From assembly GCF_009914755.1 (NCBI RefSeq), contig NC_060940.1: a DNA stretch of 64,000 nucleotides, one strand, 5' to 3'. This document shows positions 1-15,818 of the stretch, piece after piece. Each line of letters opens with the position of its first letter. Within the stretch, counting starts at the first letter, position 1. A model generated the notes under the pieces. The model was not told where the DNA came from, did not search any database, and saw only the letters and a list, made by a program, of their open reading frames with translations. Origin of the DNA: the human T2T-CHM13v2.0 reference genome, Homo sapiens. The translations under genes were made by a program, and so were the position numbers.

Positions 1-213
1 CACACTCTGGGGACTGTTGTGGGGTGGGGGGAGTGGAGAGGGATAGCATTAGGAGATATACCTAATGCTAGATGACGAGTTAGTAGGTGCAGCGCACCAG
101 CATGGCACATGTATACGTAAGTAACTAACCTGCACAATGTGCACATGTACCCTAAAACTTAAAGTATAATAATAAAATAAATAAATAAATAAATAAATAA
201 ATTTAAAAAAAAG
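1..213 (+). mobile_element. L1PA (young primate LINE-1, L1PA2/3-like) 3' UTR end with poly(A)/(AAAT)n tail
   Basis: G-rich tract, then GATAGCATTAGGAGATATACCTAATGCTAGATGACGAGTTAG...TACCCTAAAACTTAAAGTATAATAATAAA, the canonical L1 3' terminus. GAG rather than ACA at the diagnostic site means it is not L1HS-Ta. Confidence 0.93.
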
Positions 214-363
214 AATTACATCACAGAATTATACAGCAAACAAATTAGAGATTGATTATTAGACTCCCTTGTTCTTCAAAGTCCTTTATCCCCTGCCACC
301 ACGAGATTTTTCCCTAGTTACATGTCTTTGCAGGAAGTAGCCCCCTGATATTTTTCTCAACTC

Positions 364-526
364 CAAGACTGGGTAAGGTGAGGCGAACCAGGAGTTCAGG
401 CCACCAAATTTAAGGAAGCACTCACTCTCAGATGCGAATCATGCACTTGTGTGAGTCTGAGAGTGAACACCTCCTTAAATTTTGCATCCTGGACACCTTG
501 CTTTCCTCACCCGAGTCCTGGTACTG
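364..526. mobile_element. MER96-like palindromic hAT (Tip100) MITE
   Basis: Inverted arms AAATTTAAGGAAGCACTCACTCTCAGA ... TCTGAGAGTGAACACCTCCTTAAATTT, with GGTGAGGCGA / TTGCTTTCCTCACC outer arms; matches my recollection of the MER96 consensus. Confidence 0.75.
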
Positions 527-1466
527 CTCAGTTCTCCCTCTTCCTATCTCTTTCCTCTTCTCTTTCCTCCCTCGTCTTCCTTCTCCACCTAACACTTTCC
601 CATTGGCTTTTTACTTGAAGAGAACCATGTTTCATTTGTCTGTTTCACACTCAAAGTAGTCTATTAAGACATTTTCTTAAACAATTCACTCCCTAAAAGA
701 AACCCATACCAGCTGATTAAATAATTATTTACATCTCACTGCACAAGGATGCCAGCAGGTCAGGCTGACTTGACACTCATTTGGTTCCCTGCAGTTCCCT
801 TCTTTCCACCATTCAAGTCGAATCCACTCTATTGGAGAATGAAGAAGCCTTGTCTCTCCTGATGTAATAAGACCAATGGCCAGTGGGTGGTGTGGTTGCA
901 AATGGGCCAGCCCAAGTGCAAAAGGTGCTCAGAGGCATCTAGGAACAGTCTGGGCCTCAAGATGTGGCACCCAGGACCTAGTCAGGGCTGAGCCTGGGCA
1001 CAGTAAGGAGAGCCTCTCATGTAGACTGGCAAGAGGACTAAAATGAATGGGTATGATCTGAATTGGCAGACAAATTCAAAACAAAGCAGCACCTATGAAG
1101 GGCCTAAAGATAGTCACATACACCATGCCCAATGTTAGCTTGGGTTGCCATAGTCAAAGCACATCCCGATTGCATTACATTACATGCACCCTCCCAGGAA
1201 ATGGTCCTATCTCAATGTGGAAGTTGGATGTCAGAGTCTATCCTACCACTTCTGCCTCACTCTCCCTTCATGACCAGTTACTGGGTCCTGTAGCTTCTGC
1301 CTCCTTAATATCTTTAATCTCTTTCTCTTCTCCATTTCCACAACCAGTGTCTTAGCTTAACTGTGATCCTCATCCACTATAAGAATCACCAGTTGCTTTC
1401 AACTTCTATGACTGCCACATTGGCCTTCCTCAGTTATTTATGTCTTTATATTTAAAGTGAGCTTTG

Positions 1467-1597
1467 GATCAGGCAATGTGGCTCATGCTTGTAATCTCAG
1501 AACTTTCGGAGGCCAAGGCAAGGGAATCACTTGAGGCCATAAGTTTGAGAACAGCCTAGGCAACATAGTGAGACCCCCATCTACAAATAAACAAATA
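1467..1597 (+). mobile_element. Alu left monomer (FLAM/AluJ fragment)
   Basis: GGCTCATGCTTGTAATCTCAG...GGCAACATAGTGAGACCCCCATCT followed by an A-rich end; no right arm. Confidence 0.8.
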
Positions 1598-1822
1598 CGT
1601 TGAGTTTCTTCATTACACCACTAAAATAAATTAATAAAGCTCCAATAACTGATTCTACAGCAATGCAGCTCTATGAATTGACTGACAAATAATTCAGAAT
1701 AATCCTCTTAAGGACATTCACCGAGCTACAAGGAAACAAACAACTAAATGAAATAGGAAAACAATATTTGGACAAAATGAATTCAGCAATGGAATATAAA
1801 CCATTTTTTAAAAGCCAAAAAA

Positions 1823-2188
<366 letters not shown>

Positions 2189-3146
2189 TCAATGGCAGAC
2201 TCAATCCAACAGAAGAATCAGTGAATTTAAAGACATGTCATTTGAAATTATTCAGTCTGAGGAGTAAAAAAAAAAGGAATGAAAAATAATAAAGAAAGCC
2301 AACAGACTTATGGTACACTGGCAAGTGAAACAATACATATTATGGGAGTCTAAGAAGGAGAATAGAGTGATAAAATGTATTGAAAGAAATAATGGCTGCA
2401 AAGTTCCCAAATTTGAGGAAAGAGATGTACATTAAGATTCATGAGGCCCAATCATTCCCAAATAGGTTGAACACAAAAAGGTCTGTACCAAGACATATTA
2501 TAGCTAAATTGTCAAAAGTCAAAGACAATGAAAGAATTTTGAAAGCAGCAGAAGAAAAGCTACTTGTCATATACAAGGAAACCCCCACAAGACTATGAGT
2601 AGACTTCTCAGCAGAAACCTTGCACATCAGGAGAAAATGGAATGAATATTTAAAATATTGAAAGAAAACAACTGCCAACCAAGGATATTATACCTGATAA
2701 AGCTGTCTTTTAGAAATAAGAGGAAAGGACTTTCCCAAACAAAGAGTGAGAGTTTTCATCACCATTGAACCTGCCTTATAAGAAATCATAAAGTGAGTTC
2801 CTCAAGCTGAAATAAAAGGACACTAATTAACAATGTAAAACACATGAATGTATAAAATTAACTAGTAAAGATACATATATAGTCAAATTTCAAATTTTCT
2901 AATATGGTAATGGTGATGTATGAATGACTTTCAACTCTAGTATAAAAGCTAAAAAACAAATGTATTAAAATTAACTATAACTATAATAATTTGTTAGTGG
3001 ATACACAATACAAAATATATGTATATATATTGTTTTATCAATAACCTAAAATGGCATGTGGAGTGTGAAAGTATAGTTTTAGTATATGATCTAAGTTAAG
3101 TTGTTACCAGTTTAAAATAGAATGTTATAACTATAAAATGTTTTAT

Positions 3147-3517
<371 letters not shown>

Positions 3518-5721
3518 TCATTAAATCACAAAAGAAGACATCAAGAGAGAAAAAAAGAAACAAAGAAACTACAAAGCAGTCAAAAAACAATGACCAAAAT
3601 GACAGTAAGTTTTTACCTATTGATAATTACTTTAAATATAAATGGATTAAATGCTCCAATTGAAAGACATAGACTGGCTGAATGAATTTAATAAAAACAA
3701 GATCCAACTATACGCTGCCCATGAGAGACTCACTTTAGCTTTAAGGACACACACAGCCTGAAAGAGAAGGAATTGGAAAAGATATTCCATGCAAATGGTA
3801 ACCTAAGGAGAGCATCGGTGGCTATACTTATATCAGATTTTAAGTCAGAAACTGTCACAAGAAAAAAAGAAGCTTGTCATATAACAAGGGATTGATTCAT
3901 CAAGAAGACATAACAACTGAAATATTTATTCACTCAACATCAGAGTATCTAAATATATAAAAAAAATTAACAGAACTGAAAGGAGAAATAAACAGCAATA
4001 CAATAATAGTAGGGGACTTTAACACTTCACTCTCAACATTGGGTAGGTCATGCAGGCAGAAAATTAATAAGGAAAACAGCAGATTTGAACAAAACTATAG
4101 ACCAAATGGACCTAACATATGTTTACACATTCCATCAAAATACAGATTCTTCTCAAATGTATGTAGAATATTCTACAGAAGTGATCATATGTGGGACCAC
4201 AAGTCATTTTTTTTTAAGTGCAGTGGTACATGTGCAGATTTGTTACATAGGTAAATTCATGTCATGGGTGTTTGTTGTAGAGATTATTTCATCACCCAGG
4301 TGTTGTTAAACCTAGTACCCATTAGTCATTTTTCCTGATCCTCTTCCTCCTCCCACCCTCCACCCTCAGGTAGGCCCCAGTTTCCTTTGTTCCCCTCTAT
4401 GTGGCCATGTGTTCTCATCATTTGTCTCCCACTTATTAGTGAGAGCATGCAGTCTTTGGTTTTCTGTTTCTGCATCAATTTTCTAAGGATAATGGCCTCC
4501 TGCTCCATCCATGTTCTTGCAAAGAATATGGTCTTGTTCTTTTTATGGCTGCATAGTATTCCATGGTGTATATGTACCATATTTTCTTTATTCAGCCTAC
4601 CATCAATGGGCGTTTAAGTTGATTCCATGCTTTGCTTTTGTGAATAATGCTGCAGTGAACATATGTGTGCATGTGTCTTTATGGTAAAATGATTTATATT
4701 CCCTTGGGTATATACCTAGTCATGGGATTGCTGGGTTGAATGATAGTTCTACTTTTAGTTCTTTGAGGAATCACCACACTGCTTTCCACAATGGTTGAAC
4801 CAATTTACACTCTGATTAGCAGTGCATAAGTGTTCCCTTTTCTCCACAACCTTACCAGCATCTGTTATTTTTTGACTTTTTAATAATAGCCATTCTGACT
4901 GGTGTGAGATGGTATCTCATTGTGGTTTTGATTTGCATTTCTCTAATGATCAGGGCTATTGAGGTTTTTTTTTCCATATGCTTGTTGGCTGCATGTATGT
5001 ATGTCTTCTTTTGAAAAGTGTCTTTTCATGTCCTTTGCCCACTTTTGTTGTTGTTGTTGTCGTTTCTTTCTTGTAAGTTTAAGTTTTTTATAGGTGCTGG
5101 ATATTAGACCTTTGTCAGATGCATAGTTTGAAATTTTTTTCTTCTATTCTGTAGGTTGTCTGTTAACTCTGTTGATAGTTTCTTCTCTTGTGCAGATTTG
5201 GTTTGTCAGCATTTTGTTGAGGCTTTTTGCATTAATGTTCAAGGAACTGGCCTGACATTTTCTTTTTTTGTTGTGTCCCTGCCATGTTTTGGTATCAGCA
5301 TGATGCTGACCTCATAGAATGAGTTAGGGAGGAGTCCCTCCTCCTCAATTTGTTGGAATAGTTTTAGTAGGAATGGTACCAGCTCTTCTTTGTACATCTT
5401 GTAGAATTTGGCTGTGAATCTGTCTGGTCCTGGGCTTTTGTTGTTGTTGTCGTTGTAGTTGGTAGGTTAATTACTGATTCAATTTTGGAGCTCATTATTA
5501 GTCTGTTCAGGGATTCAGTTTCTTCCTGGTTCAGTTCAGTCTTGAGAGGGTGTATGTGTCCAGTAATTTATCCATTTTTTCTAGCTTATGTACAGAGAGG
5601 TTTTCATAATATTCTCTGATGGTTATTTGTATTTCTGTGGGGTCAGTGGTAATATCTCCTTTGTAGTTTTTAATTATGTCTATTTGGATCCTGTCTCTTT
5701 TCTTCTTTATTAGTCTAGCTA

Positions 5722-5964
<243 letters not shown>

Positions 5965-6210
5965 TCAGTTCAGCTCTGATTTTGGTTATTTCTTGTTTTC
6001 TGCTAGTTTTGGGGTTGGTTTGCTCTTGGTTCTCTAGTTCTTTTAGTTGTGATGTTAGGTTGGTAAGTTGAGATTTCTCTGACTTTTTGATGTGAGTGTT
6101 CAGTGATATAAATTTCCCTCTGAACACTGCCTTAGCTGTGTCCCAGAGATTCTGGTATATTGTATCTTTATTTTCATCTGTTTCAAATAACTTCTTGATT
6201 TCTGCCTTAA

Positions 6211-6565
<355 letters not shown>

Positions 6566-6769
6566 AAAATTGTATGGTTTTGAGTGATTTTCTTGGTCTT
6601 GATTTCTAATTTTATTGCACTGCACAAAACACATCTTAACAAATTCAAGAGGACTAGAATTATATTAACTATCTTTTCTTACCGCAAAGGTATAAAACAA
6701 AAAATCAATAACATGAGAAAAATTAGAAAATCTAAAAATATGTGGAAATTAACACATATCTTCACGTGC

Positions 6770-8840
<2,071 letters not shown>

Positions 8841-10444
8841 CAGATTGGCCTTTCCAAAACATAAACCTTATTGAGTGCAATAGCAAGTCACTGAAAAGTT
8901 TTATGAAGGAAATTACCAAATTGAATTTAAATTTTAGAAAGGTTGCTCTGGCTATGAGCCAGGAAAAGATCCTGGGAAAACAACTGTAACACCTTGCCAA
9001 AGTAAATCTTGGCAAAGTCTGAGTAGTAGACTGGAAAGGGAATTCCCTCCCTGGGCACCTATGTCCAGAATATTGTGTAGATGCCAGGCCAAGGATACAT
9101 TCCTAATGCACAGGGCTAGAAGGCCATACCCCCTTTTGTCTCCGCGAGCACAGAGTGAGCTTCTGGTGTCCCAAACATGGCTCACTAGAAATATAACCTA
9201 TCTCTTCAGCCACAAACCCAGGAATGTGGGTCATTTTTGTCCAAAAGAGTGGCCAGGACAGGCTTCCAGAAAAAGGCTCTGACAATGTGGGCTCATGTCC
9301 TCGGTTCACCACTAATAATCTGTGGCATCTTGAGCACATTACCTAATCCCTCTGATCCTCAATGTTCTCCTTTGTCAAATGGATATGATGTGGTTGTGAG
9401 ACTAAAGTGCCCCCACTGCCAGAAAGCCCTTGAACACTGCCTGGTATGTGAGTCACTCAACACATGTTAGCTAATCTGTGTAATTGTCATTACTTTTTAT
9501 ATTGCTATCGCTCCTTCCTTCATGAGACCCACCTTGCATGGAAGAGGATCAGATATTTCAGGAAAGGTGATTGCCCTTTCTCCAAGGAATTTCCTTATTT
9601 GTGTCAAAGAGAATGTGCAGCTCATGATCCTCCCAGAGCATAGCGCCAATTTCCTCCACGCACAAACAGGGACTGCTGAGGCCACCTGACCTTATCACCC
9701 TGTCAAGGACCAGCTACCATGCCAGAGCACCATGTACCATAAAGAGTCCTAATTCAGCCACTAACTCATTGTGACACCTTGGGCAGGTCACACCCACACC
9801 TCAGGCCACTGTCTCTGCATTTATGTAATTGCAGGAGGTCTAGACGCATTTCCACTAGGAATATCCTGATAAAATTCCCAAACTTTGTTGATGAAATCTT
9901 ACAAGCTTACAGACAGAATAATTTACTTACAAGGGGAAAAAAATCAGCCTGCCATCAACCTGGAAGTGGAATAGCACATATGCATTACTAAGAGTAAAGA
10001 CCCCCATAATACTGACCCCAACTCACATAAGTCACTATCAAATGAATGACTTATATTTGTAGATTCAGAAATATTTAGGGATTTTTATCAGCCATACATT
10101 CCTTCATCTGCAGAAAATTCTCTAGGAGAGACTAGAAGCAACATATTAGGAAGTAATTTAAAATAAAATCTAGATACACATTTAAAACCAGGTGAGATAG
10201 AAAAGTTTATGACAAAAGGAAAAGCAAAGAAACAACAAGGAAACGCAAGTAGATGAGTTAGAATTGAGGCTAAAAGAAACACATAGAGTAAAAGAGGGAT
10301 CTTTTTAAATGTTAAAGAGAATAACTAATAACCATAAACCTACATGCATCAAAAAATGTAGTAGGTAAATAGTAGGTAAATAAATAAAACAAAACATTTA
10401 GAAATCTAGGGAGAACCTGCTAAACATACAGTTATAGTGGTACA

Positions 10445-10980
10445 TTTTATTTTATTTCGACTTTTAGGTTCTAGGAGTACATGTGCGGGTTTGTTACATG
10501 GGTAAATTCTGTGTCGCTGATGCCTGGTGTATAAATGATGCTATCACCCAAGTAGTGAGCATATGATATGGTTTGACTGTGTCCCCACCCAAACCTCATC
10601 TTGAATTGTAGTTCCCACAATTCCCAGGTATTGTGAGAGAAACTGGTGGGAAGTAATTGAATCATGGAGGCAGGTGTTTCCCATGCTGTCCTCATGATAG
10701 TGAATAAGTCTCATGAGATCTGATGGTTTTGTAAATGGGAGTTCCCCTGCACAAGTTATTCTTGCGTGCTGCCATGTAAGATGTCCCTTGCTCTTCTGCC
10801 ATGATTGTGAGGCCTCCCCAGCCATGTGGAACTGTGAGTCAATTAAACCTCTTTCCTTTATAAATTACCCAGTCTCGGGTACATCTTTATTAGCAGCATG
10901 AGAACAGACTCATACAGCATAGTAACCCGATACATAGCCTTCCAACCCACATCTCCCTCCCATTCTCCCCACTATAGGGG
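10445..10980 (-). mobile_element. Short L1PA/PB 3' end fragment split by a THE1 LTR
   Basis: GTACATGTGCGGGTTTGTTACATGGGTAAATT...CCCAAGTAGTGAGCATA continues as GTAACCCGATACATAG after the LTR. Confidence 0.75.
10564..10916 (+). mobile_element. THE1 (MaLR) solo LTR, THE1C/D-like
   Basis: Begins TGATATGGTTTGACTGTGTCCCCACCC and ends GAGAACAGACTCATACA; perfect 5-bp TSD GCATA (10559-10563 / 10917-10921). Confidence 0.95.
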
Positions 10981-12609
10981 TAAATTTTAATACACCTCCT
11001 TCAGAACCAAATAGAAGATCATATAGACAATAACAGGAAATACATAGAAGAATGTAACAATGCAGTTAACAAACTGTAGCTTTACATCTGAATAGAGAAC
11101 ATGTATCTTTATATATCCAAACAATATTTACAAAAATCACCTGTGTGCTTTGTCATAAAAAAAATTAACATTCAAAAAAGTAAAGATTTTAGGGCTACCT
11201 ACATCACCCTAAACCAACAATTAGAAATAACCCTCAACTTTAAAAATTGGAAATTAAGAAACACACTTCCAAATTACCCTTGTATCAAAGAAAATAAATA
11301 ACGAAATAAGCCTGTTTCATACCAAAACCTATGAGACATAGGCAAAACATATGCTCAGAAGAAAATTTACAGTAAAAACTAAAAGTAATAATTCTTTATA
11401 AAACACATAATAAAAGAAAATGCCAACACTTTTATTAGTTTAATAAGTAGAAGAAAGAATTACTATGAAAAAGAGAAAATTAATATATTAAATACTGGCT
11501 GGGATTAATGAATAATATCAAGATCAAAAGTTGTTAAAAGGCTAAATATAAAGCTAGCTTTTTGAAAAAGCAAGTGACATGAAAGCAATTGCTATGAAGT
11601 AATCATAAGCCTTGTTAAAAAGAAGAGTAAAAATACACAAGATTTTATGTGAGAAAGGATGCAAATAAAATAAAAGAATTGTAATAGAATACTATACCTC
11701 TATACAATACATTTTAAAACCTAAAGGAAATGGATGATTTTCTATTATACTATATATTATCAAAATTGGTACAATATAGAGCAGAAAAATTGAATAGGGC
11801 AATTTCTGCAGTGAAGGTTGAAAAATAATTAACATTTTCCCACTAAAAAATGGCACTAAGACAAATGGTTTCATGCAAGGTTTTAACATTTAAAGAGCAA
11901 ATAATTCTAATGTTACTTCAACTATTACAGACTGTATAAAATATAGACATTTCTGCATTAATTTAAAAAGCTATTAAATTAATGCAGAACTTTAATATTA
12001 AAAGTTATACCAAAAAAGTTGGCCAATAATATAAATGCGAAAATCTAAAAATTTTTAGCAAACATACTCAATGTATGAAAATACATCAAATGTACAATGT
12101 CTGAAATGAATTCCACCATGAACAAGTGGGCTTTATTACAGCAGGTGAGAAGTGGTTCATTATCAGGATATCTAAGAACACAATTTATTACATCAACATA
12201 TTAAAGGAAAAAATGTGATTATATCAGTTGATGGCAAAAAAAAAGCAATGAATAGAATCAAGCAATTATCACCAGTGAAAACTCTATGTCAACCAGGGAT
12301 AAAACCACTAAAATATTATAAAACATGTATCCCAAATAGGGGCAAATATCATTCTAAATGATGCAATGCCCAAATTACTTAAAATCAGGAAAAAAATGAG
12401 GCATAATCCCTATCATCATTATTGGCAATGTTCTAGAGGGTCTGTCAAATGTAATATATATTAAAAATAATATATAATTTTGATAAATATTGGAGAAATG
12501 ATATGTTCATTTTTTCCCCTAATATGATTGTATATCTGCAAAACTCATGAAATTCTAGTTAAAAAGTAATAAAATTTACTGTGGTTGCTGGTATACTAGA
12601 CAACTATAG

Positions 12610-12951
12610 TTTTTTGTTTGCTTGTTTGTTTGTTTGTTTTTGAGACAGGGTCTTACTCTGTCACCCAGGCTGAAGTGCAGTGGTGTGATCATAGCTCACC
12701 GCAGCCTTGACCTCCTGGGCTCGAGCAATCCTCCCACCTCAACCTCCCAAGTAGCTAGGATGACAGGCATGTGCCACCAGACCCCTAATTTTTTTTTGTT
12801 GTTGTTAGAGATGGAGTCTCACTTTGTTAGTCTTGAACTTCTGGCCTCAATCCATGTTGCCCAGGCTGATCTTGAACTCCTGGGCTCAAATGGTCCACCT
12901 GCCTCACCTCTCAAAGTGCTGGGATTATAGACATGAGCCAGCATGCCCAGC
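12610..12951 (-). mobile_element. AluJ with a short internal duplication
   Basis: Reverse Alu; the CTTGAACT(T/C)CTGG segment appears twice (~12832 and ~12871). Confidence 0.88.
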
Positions 12952-13107
12952 TGACAAATATAGTTTTTAAAAAACAGTAGACTTTTCTCTACATACTTGT
13001 CATACCAGTTAGAAATGGAAATGAGTAGAGAATATTCCATCCTCCTGAGTAAAAATACATAAAACACTTAGAAGGAAATTTAGCAAGAAAAAAATATTAA
13101 GGTGTCC

Positions 13108-13329
13108 AAGCTCTAGTCCAACCTTCAGGCTGGCCACATGGGACCCAGGACGGATTTGAATGTGGCTCAACATAAATTTGTAAACTTTCTTAAAACATCA
13201 TGAGATTTTTTTTTGCGATTTTTTTTTTCTCATCAGCTATCATTAGTGTTAGCAGATTTTAGGTGTGGCCCAGTAAAATTCTTCTTCTTCCAATGTGGCC
13301 CAGGGAAGCCAAAATATTGGGCACCCCTG
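13108..13329. mobile_element. MER30 (hAT-Charlie MITE)
   Basis: GAATGTGGCTCAACATAAATTTGTAAACTTTCTTAAAACAT...GTGGCCCAGGGAAGCCAAAATATTGGGCACCCCTG. Confidence 0.85.
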
Positions 13330-13716
13330 CAAGTCCAACAACATTTTGTTTGGTACAAACCCCATATTTGGGTCACATCAGACACTTACCATTACATTTC
13401 GTGTATTTGTGCCTTCACACATTCTGTTCCTCTGCCTGCGATCCTTTCCTTCCTTTTCTAACTGATCAACGATTCGCCCTTTTAAACCCAGCTCAAAGCT
13501 TTTCTCTTCTGATACCTTCCCTGGGATATCAGAAGATATCCTCTAGGCTACCTCCTCTAGGCTCATTCCACTTAGGGGAATTCCTGCTGGGGAGGATGGA
13601 GAGAACAGATTGAAATAAGCAGAAAGGGGGAAGGAGGGAAAGGAAGGGAGTCGGAACAGGGCAGGGAGAAAGGAGGGAGGGGTAAAAGGATTGAACAAAT
13701 AAAGAAGGAGAACCTG

Positions 13717-14010
13717 GGCTAGGCACGGTGGCTCATGCCTGTAATCCCAGCACTTTGGGAGGCTGAGGCAGGTGGACCATTTGAGCCCAGGAGTTCAAGA
13801 CCAGCCTGGGCAACATGGCAAAACCCTAGCTCCACAAAAATATAAAAATTTATCAGGAGTGGAGGCATGTGCCTATAGGCCCAGCTACTCGGGAGGGTGA
13901 AGCAGGAGGATCACTTGAACCTGTGAGATAGAGGCTGCAGTGAGGTATGATTGTGTCACTGTGTCCAGCCTGGGCCACAGAGTGAGGAAACTCAGTCTCA
14001 AAAAAAGAAA
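13717..14010 (+). mobile_element. AluJ
   Basis: Dimer with TTGAGCCCAGGAGTTCAAGACCAGCCTGGGCAACATGGC and an A-rich tail. Confidence 0.9.
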
Positions 14011-14178
14011 GGGGAGAAGGGGTATAGAGAACCTGTGGAAGCCACGAAAAGACCTCATATCTCAGAACGGGTACGGTTTGAAGTCCATGCATTCCTCCAG
14101 CCTTCATCCCCTTCCTGCCTACCCCACCTCTCACGTCTCCCACGGTCTAACTCTTTGATGGCATCTGTCCAATTTCAG

Positions 14179-14434
14179 ATACAGACATCAAGGATGCAGT
14201 CGACCCAGAGTCCACTCAGCGGCCAAACCCATTCCGTCGACAAAGCATTGTCTTAGATCCCATGTTACAGGAGGGTACCTTTAACAGCCAGAGGGCAACC
14301 TTCATAAGAGACTGGTCCAACAAGATGCCTGACATGGCTTACGAACGCAAGCTAAAGAGCCTCATGGAGAAAAGCACCGAACCTAAGATGGAAACCATGA
14401 GGATGTTGAAGCCAGAGGAGGTGCTGAGCTGCCG
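14179..14434 (+). CDS. C16orf78: Internal coding exon (penultimate) of C16orf78
   Basis: Acceptor TTTCAG|AT, donor CG|GTGAGA, 256 nt open frame: (D)TDIKDAVDPESTQRPNPFRRQSIVLDPMLQEGTFNSQRATFIRDWSNKMPDMAYERKLKSLMEKSTEPKMETMRMLKPEEVLSC(R). Phase matches the next exon. Gene name recalled from the protein sequence. Confidence 0.9.
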
Positions 14435-15526
14435 GTGAGAGCTGCCACCCCCTGGGCAGATGGGGTGGGGTCCTGGAACAGGCTTTGCTCACTCTTGTCC
14501 CTGGCTCAAACACCTTGGCTTAGCCTGAAGATCTAGGAGTAGGGGCTTGGTGTGGCTGAGCTCCGCCCTTTGGTCCCAAAGGACTGCTCCAGGGCTCAAG
14601 CCAGTGGGTTTCCAGCAGCTCACCTGCTGGTAGACCATCCCCTGAATGGGCATGTCATTTAGGTGCTGCCACTTTGATGCCACACCTTTCAACAACCCTC
14701 CCAATATTTCCGTTTGTTTCAATATTACTCAAAAAGGAAAGAATGTGGCTTTGTCTTAATAGGAAGATTTCCCTACGATCCTTTGCACTGTGGGGTTGAG
14801 TTGCTGGTGATGGTAGCCACCATCCTCAGTGACCTACCTGCTGCATGTTTGGACTTTTAGACTGTCAAAGGGATCATGAACAAAGTGTGAAACCATTTGA
14901 TATTTACTGCTCTTCCCAAAGAGTCTCCCTTCTCATTTGCTCTCTGTCCTGTTTATCAGGGCTCTCTGGTTTTCAGCAATGGACCCCAGATTCCCCCATC
15001 AAAAAACAAGCATCCCTCTCCCTAGCCCAGTGTTTTCCTTTACTGTAAAGTTGTAACTGACAAAGTTCAGAAACTTTAGCAAATAAGGAAACAAAACAAC
15101 AGAGTAATGTAGTTGTCATCATCCTTGTAAGGTTGACATCAGTAAACTCATCTATAGGTTTAAGATGGCCTCAAATGTCTGGCAATCTAATAACTCCATC
15201 ACAAAGTCCTGCTCTGCTCACTGACTGGCAGAAGGATGGATGAATAGAATGGTTAACTGGCTTCCAGATGAACAGGGAGAGATCTCAGCAGACTGCCTTT
15301 GCTGGCTGGTTCCATGGGTGGATGACTTTGGCCCTGGCTTTCAGATGGGCCATGTGGTTCTAATTGACTCTGGGCAACAGACAGCCTACCCGGGTTCCAT
15401 GGTGGGGGGAAAGAGATTTGGACAGGACTCCTGCCCTCCAAAGAGAGGGAAAGAATATTTGAAGAGGTAGCATATGAAGCCATTCAAGAAACATCCAAGA
15501 AAAGAATGAAGTGGTTCAGAGTGGGA

Positions 15527-15818
<292 letters not shown>

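Larger units (their letters stand above)
9850..12600 (+). mobile_element. Highly decayed L1M (ORF2 region) containing nested younger insertions
   Basis: A-rich strand bias with L1 ORF2-like phrases, e.g. ACATCACCCTAAACC..., CCATGAACAAGTGGGCTTTATTACAG, ATCATTCTAAATG. Confidence 0.65.

Noticed and set aside
2380-2598. ORF resembling an RNA-binding protein
   Set aside because: A decayed L1 ORF1p fragment in a frameshifted element; not an intact gene.
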